DNA from: an uncultured Bacteroidota bacterium | Lineage (GTDB): Bacteria; Bacteroidota; Bacteroidia; Bacteroidales; WCHB1-69 | Direction: 5' to 3' | NCBI GenBank assembly: GCA_902797625.1 | Contig: CADBTU010000016.1 | Span: 630-64,629, forward strand | Length of the DNA: 64,000 nucleotides | Shown here: in pieces, positions 60,742-64,000 of the stretch | Layout: each line of letters begins with the position of its first letter | How positions within the stretch are numbered: the first letter of the stretch is position 1 | Made by a program: the position numbers and the translations under genes | Notes under the pieces: generated by a model | The model's database searches: none | What the model was told of the DNA's origin: nothing | What the model saw: the letters and a program-made list of their open reading frames with translations, nothing else

Positions 60742-62235
60742 TTACATTACCACACGTACTCCGTTGATAAAATCTATAGATTTCTGGATTAATTCGTGCA
60801 TATAGGTATCATTTTCAACGAAAGGCACAAACTCACGGTAGCATTTAACAAAATCTTCTAAAAATTCAGAAGATTTTAGAGGTTTTCTAAAATCTAAAGC
60901 TTGGGCTGCGTTGAAAAGCTCAATTCCGAGAATTTTTTCTACATTATTAATAACGAGGTAACACTTAGTTGCTGCATTTGCACCCATGCTAACATGGTCT
61001 TCTTGGCCTTGTGAAGATTCTATTGAGTCTGTAGAGCAAGGCATTGTGAATGCCTTATTTTGATTAACAATAGAGGCGGCAGTATATTGAGGAATCATAA
61101 AACCAGAGTTAAGACCTGGATTTTTAACAAGGAAAGAAGGAAGACCACGTTTTCCTGAAATAAGTTGATATATACGACGTTCAGATATATTTCCCAACTC
61201 AGCCAATGCAATAGAGAGAAAATCGAGAACTAAAGCTAAAGGTTGTCCGTGGAAATTACCAGCAGAAACGATAATATCTTCATCTGGAAATACAGTTGGG
61301 TTATCGGTTACTGAGTTGATTTCTGTTTCCACAACATGTTGTACGTGTTCAATAGCGTCTTTTGAAGCACCGTGAACTTGCGGAATGCAGCGGAAAGAGT
61401 AAGGATCTTGAACGTGTTCTTTATGTTGAGTAATTATTTCAGAGCCTTCAAGAAGTTGAGTAAAGTGTGCAGCGGTGGTTATCTGTCCTGCGTGAGGGCG
61501 GACGATATGAACTAACATATTGAAAGGTTCTATACGTCCATCAAAGGCTTCGAGGGAAATAGCTGCAATAATATCTGCAAGCCAAGATAGTTTACGAGCT
61601 TTCATAAGGAGCCACACAGCGTATGAGCTCATAAATTGAGTTCCGTTAAGAAGTGCAAGACCTTCTTTAGATTTGAGAGTAATAGGTTTCCAGCCAAATT
61701 TTTCATTTATTTCAGTAGCAGAATATTTTTTATTTCTATAATAAACCTCCCCCATTCCGATGAGCGGCAACGATAGGTGGGCTAAAGGAGCCAAATCACC
61801 AGAAGCACCGAGAGAACCTTGTTGATAAACCACAGGATAAACACCTTTATTATAAAAATCTACTAAACGTTGAATAGTATCAAGTTGCACACCAGAGTGA
61901 CCATACGAGAGAGATTGAATTTTCATCAAGAGCATAATTTGTACAATTTCTTGTGGAACTTCTTCTCCAACTCCACATGCGTGGGAGATTACGAGGTTTC
62001 GCTGCAAGGTGGAAAGGTCGTCTGCTGATATATGCTTGTTACACAAGGAGCCAAAACCAGTTGTTACTCCATAGATAGGTTCAGGAGACTCTATAGCTTT
62101 TTTATCAAGGTAATCACGACATTTTTTAATAGCTTCGACAGCCTCATTAGAAAGCTCAATTTTTTGTTTACGTTCTATTATTTTTTGAACCTTTTCAATA
62201 CAGAGAAAATCTTGTGAAATCTGATGTTTTTTCAT
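60742..62235 (-). CDS. hutH: Histidine ammonia-lyase
   Basis: 497 aa. Has the MIO-forming GSLGASGDLAPLAH, and the LVISHACG (Ser-His) selectivity motif typical of HAL rather than PAL/TAL. Confidence 0.9.
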   Translation of the reverse strand: MKKHQISQDFLCIEKVQKIIERKQKIELSNEAVEAIKKCRDYLDKKAIESPEPIYGVTTGFGSLCNKHISADDLSTLQRNLVISHACGVGEEVPQEIVQIMLLMKIQSLSYGHSGVQLDTIQRLVDFYNKGVYPVVYQQGSLGASGDLAPLAHLSLPLIGMGEVYYRNKKYSATEINEKFGWKPITLKSKEGLALLNGTQFMSSYAVWLLMKARKLSWLADIIAAISLEAFDGRIEPFNMLVHIVRPHAGQITTAAHFTQLLEGSEIITQHKEHVQDPYSFRCIPQVHGASKDAIEHVQHVVETEINSVTDNPTVFPDEDIIVSAGNFHGQPLALVLDFLSIALAELGNISERRIYQLISGKRGLPSFLVKNPGLNSGFMIPQYTAASIVNQNKAFTMPCSTDSIESSQGQEDHVSMGANAATKCYLVINNVEKILGIELFNAAQALDFRKPLKSSEFLEDFVKCYREFVPFVENDTYMHELIQKSIDFINGVRVVM

Positions 62236-62274
62236 ATCTTTACAGGAATATTATTTGATTATATTATTAGTTTG

Positions 62275-62282
62275 CAAATGTA
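62275..62282 (-). promoter_or_regulatory. -7 promoter box (TACATTTG) for hutH
   Basis: Exact TAnnTTTG on the minus strand, 40 nt upstream of the ATG at 62235. Confidence 0.45.
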
Positions 62283-62327
62283 CACAAATTTCTAATGTCT
62301 TACGCAAAGTCATTTTACTTTTGGTTG

Positions 62328-62391
62328 AAGAAGTTAACATTAACAAAAAAAGCGGCAAAAAAGCCGCTTTTTTTGTTAATGTTAACTTCTT
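62328..62391. terminator. 29-bp perfect inverted repeat (6-nt loop); bidirectional-type intrinsic terminator after serA
   Basis: AAGAAGTTAACATTAACAAAAAAAGCGGC-AAAAAA-GCCGCTTTTTTTGTTAATGTTAACTTCTT. GC core AGCGGC/GCCGCT flanked by A7/T7. Starts 1 nt after the serA stop. Confidence 0.7.
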
Positions 62392-62392
62392 A

Positions 62393-63310
62393 TTATTTGT
62401 TAACTTGGAATTTTTTATCTCCGTTTACGAAGAAATTCACAATTTGATTAGCAGCTGCAAGACCAGCATTGATGTTAGCTTCGGCTGTTTCAGCACCTTG
62501 TTTTTTAGGAGTTGCGAAGAAACGTTTTTCAAATTTGCTAAATTCATCCATAGCATCTGGAGCGATGTCGGTGCAATATTTAATATCGTCTCTTTCTGCC
62601 ATCAAAGCTATGAGTTCTTCCTCGTTTATAACCTCTTTACGAGCGGTGTTAATCACGCAACCGCCTTTAGGCATAAGACCAACGAGAGCTTTGTTGATAG
62701 ACTTTTTGGTTTGATCGTTAGCAGGAATGTGTAAAGAGATATAATTACAATTTTTGTACATATCTTCCAAAGTGTCAGGAACCACTACGCCTTCAGCTTC
62801 CATATTTTCTTTGGGAACGAAAGGATCGAAAGCCCAAACATCCATACCGAGTGCGCGAGCTTTTTCAGCCACGAGGCGACCAACGTTACCATAAGCTTGG
62901 ATACCAATTTTTTTGCCTTTGAGTTCAGAGCCAGTACCTGGTTTGAACGTATTACGAGCCATATAGACCATCATTCCGAGTGCTAATTCAGCAACTGCGT
63001 TAGAATTTTGACCAGGGGTGTTCATAGCTACAATGTTGTTAGCAGAACAAGCTGCGAGGTCGAGGTTATCGAAGCCGGCACCAGCGCGAACTACAACTTT
63101 TAAATTTTTTGCAGCGTCCACAACTTGCGCAGTAACTTTGTCAGAGCGAACGATTAAGGCGTCAACATCTGCAACTGCTGCGTAGAGTTCTTCAGCTGTT
63201 TCATACTTTTCTAACAAAGCCAATTCATATCCGGCTTTTTCCACGATGGCACGAATGCCGTCAACTGCTGCCTTTGCAAAAGGTTTTTGTGTTGCAACTA
63301 ATATTTTCAT
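62393..63310 (-). CDS. serA: D-3-phosphoglycerate dehydrogenase (short, ~305-aa type) / D-2-hydroxyacid dehydrogenase
   Basis: NAD site GIQAYGNVGR and RAGAGFDN motif. Lies downstream of serC. Confidence 0.8.
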   Translation of the reverse strand: MKILVATQKPFAKAAVDGIRAIVEKAGYELALLEKYETAEELYAAVADVDALIVRSDKVTAQVVDAAKNLKVVVRAGAGFDNLDLAACSANNIVAMNTPGQNSNAVAELALGMMVYMARNTFKPGTGSELKGKKIGIQAYGNVGRLVAEKARALGMDVWAFDPFVPKENMEAEGVVVPDTLEDMYKNCNYISLHIPANDQTKKSINKALVGLMPKGGCVINTARKEVINEEELIALMAERDDIKYCTDIAPDAMDEFSKFEKRFFATPKKQGAETAEANINAGLAAANQIVNFFVNGDKKFQVNK

Positions 63311-63332
63311 AAAAGTTTATCTGTTTATTTGT

Positions 63333-63730
63333 TTATTTATTTGTTTGTTTGTTTTCTGATTGTTTATTCGTGATTGCTGACTTCTTCTTAATGAGTTTAT
63401 CTTATTTGTGATCTTTTAACAACTTGTTTCTCAAGTTGCTCATCTGTTTGTTGTCAATATAGCCAAAATCCAAAGACAACATCAGCGAACAATATACTTC
63501 AATTGCTGAACCGAAAGCTATCTCCGTGAAATGCATCTGTTTTTTTAATGAGGAACGTGAAGTTTTTCAGCTATATTCAAAACCCACTGAAGTCGCCGAT
63601 CTGCGAATTTGATCTGTTAGGTTATATCTTTCTTTTTGAGGGAAAGAGTCTATTATTGGATAAATCTCTTAAAAAACTGTCTGGACAATTGCCACACATC
63701 AATTTTTTCAAAAGAGAAGGAATAATCCAT
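63333..63730 (-). pseudogene. Decayed four-helix-bundle protein gene (23S rRNA intervening-sequence protein / Avd-like family)
   Basis: The minus strand reads in successive frames: MDYSFSFEKIDVWQLSRQFFK | EIYPIIDSFPQKERYNLTDQIRRSATSVGF | NIAE | TSRSSLKKQMHFTEIAFGSAIEVYCSLMLSLDFGYIDNKQMSNLRNKLLKDHK* | DKLIKKKSAITNKQSENKQTNK*. Joined, this is a full-length family-like sequence. There are three frame breaks (about 63670, 63578, 63564) and one TAA (63402-63404). Confidence 0.7.
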
Positions 63731-63731
63731 A

Positions 63732-63763
63732 AACGAATCAACAAATCAACGAATTAACGAATC
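63732..63763 (-). repeat. Tandem 8-mer x4 (minus strand GATTCGTT/AATTCGTT/GATTTGTT/GATTCGTT) between serC stop and pseudogene ATG
   Basis: Direct reading of the plus strand: AACGAATC AACAAATC AACGAATT AACGAATC. Confidence 0.75.
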
Positions 63764-63766
63764 ATA

Positions 63767-64000
63767 TTACTTGTTTTTCTTCTCAAATTCCTGCATACAA
63801 GCTACAAGAGCTTCCACGTCTTCTATTGTACAAGCGTTATAAAGGGAAGCGCGGAAACCACCAACAGAACGGTGTCCTTTAATGCCAACCATACCGCATT
63901 CTTTAGCGTATGCCATGAAAGCATCTTGTTTGTCTTCATAACCAGGAGCCATAACCCAGCAATGGTTCATGATAGAACGGTCTTCTTTATTAGCAACTGT
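63767..64000 (-). CDS. serC: Phosphoserine aminotransferase, C-terminal 77 codons (gene continues beyond window end)
   Basis: The frame is open to position 64000 (..[56 protein letters not shown]..). GHRSVGG(F/M)RAS.YNA is the SerC C-terminal signature. Confidence 0.85.
   Translation of the reverse strand, partial: TVANKEDRSIMNHCWVMAPGYEDKQDAFMAYAKECGMVGIKGHRSVGGFRASLYNACTIEDVEALVACMQEFEKKNK

Noticed and set aside
62255-62734. 159-aa plus-strand ORF spanning the palindrome and the serA 3' end
   Set aside because: It runs straight through the 29-bp palindromic terminator and antisense to serA. No family features.
63548-63757. 69-aa plus-strand ORF in the serC-serA spacer
   Set aside because: It is antisense to recognisable, though frame-shifted, four-helix-bundle coding sequence. 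Its own translation (MRNVKFFSYIQNPLKSPICEF...) resembles nothing and it has no promoter box.

Overview
The window is an AT-rich (by eye about one-third G+C, not computed), densely packed chromosomal segment. It has the hallmarks of a Bacteroidota genome. These include type IX secretion/gliding genes (gldJ, a porP/sprF-like gene, porU, porV, and a cargo protein with a T9SS C-terminal sorting domain), the conserved uppS-bamA-ompH(skp) block and the DUF3098-ftsX-uppP-truB block. An octamer matching the Bacteroides-type -7 promoter consensus TAnnTTTG sits upstream of about 20 genes and both tRNAs.

Nearly everything is housekeeping:
- Translation and RNA modification: frr, pheS, fmt, truB, rlmH, rsmE, trmH, tilS, engB, an ABC-F ATPase, tRNA-Arg(CCT), tRNA-Phe(GAA).
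- Nucleotide, cofactor and amino-acid metabolism: pyrH, pyrC, ribH, folP, ahcY, ispF, serA, serC, hutH, sufS.
- Envelope biogenesis, chaperones (dnaJ, grpE) and rho.

I see no CRISPR array, transposase, integrase, or recognisable defence or toxin module. I cannot honestly point to a clear novel multi-gene system.

The observations not explained by the ORF track are:
1. A frame-shifted four-helix-bundle (23S-rRNA-IVS/Avd-like family) pseudogene lies in the 456-bp serC-serA spacer. An 8-mer x4 tandem repeat and an imperfect inverted repeat flank it.
2. A 57% GC island of about 75 bp follows pyrC.
3. Rho has its canonical N-terminal subdomain replaced by about 225 aa of K/E/S/T-rich low-complexity sequence, and it follows a structured leader.
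4. A DUF2156(MprF C-terminal-like)-GNAT fusion protein.
5. A 29-bp perfect palindrome lies after serA.
6. An orphan hutH sits next to a tightly coupled DUF62 SAM-hydrolase/nitrilase-family pair.
7. An unannotatable 68-aa Cys-containing ORF lies in the unusually long pyrH/pyrC divergent gap.

Several ORF-track starts (TTG or upstream ATG) are corrected using promoter and terminator positions.
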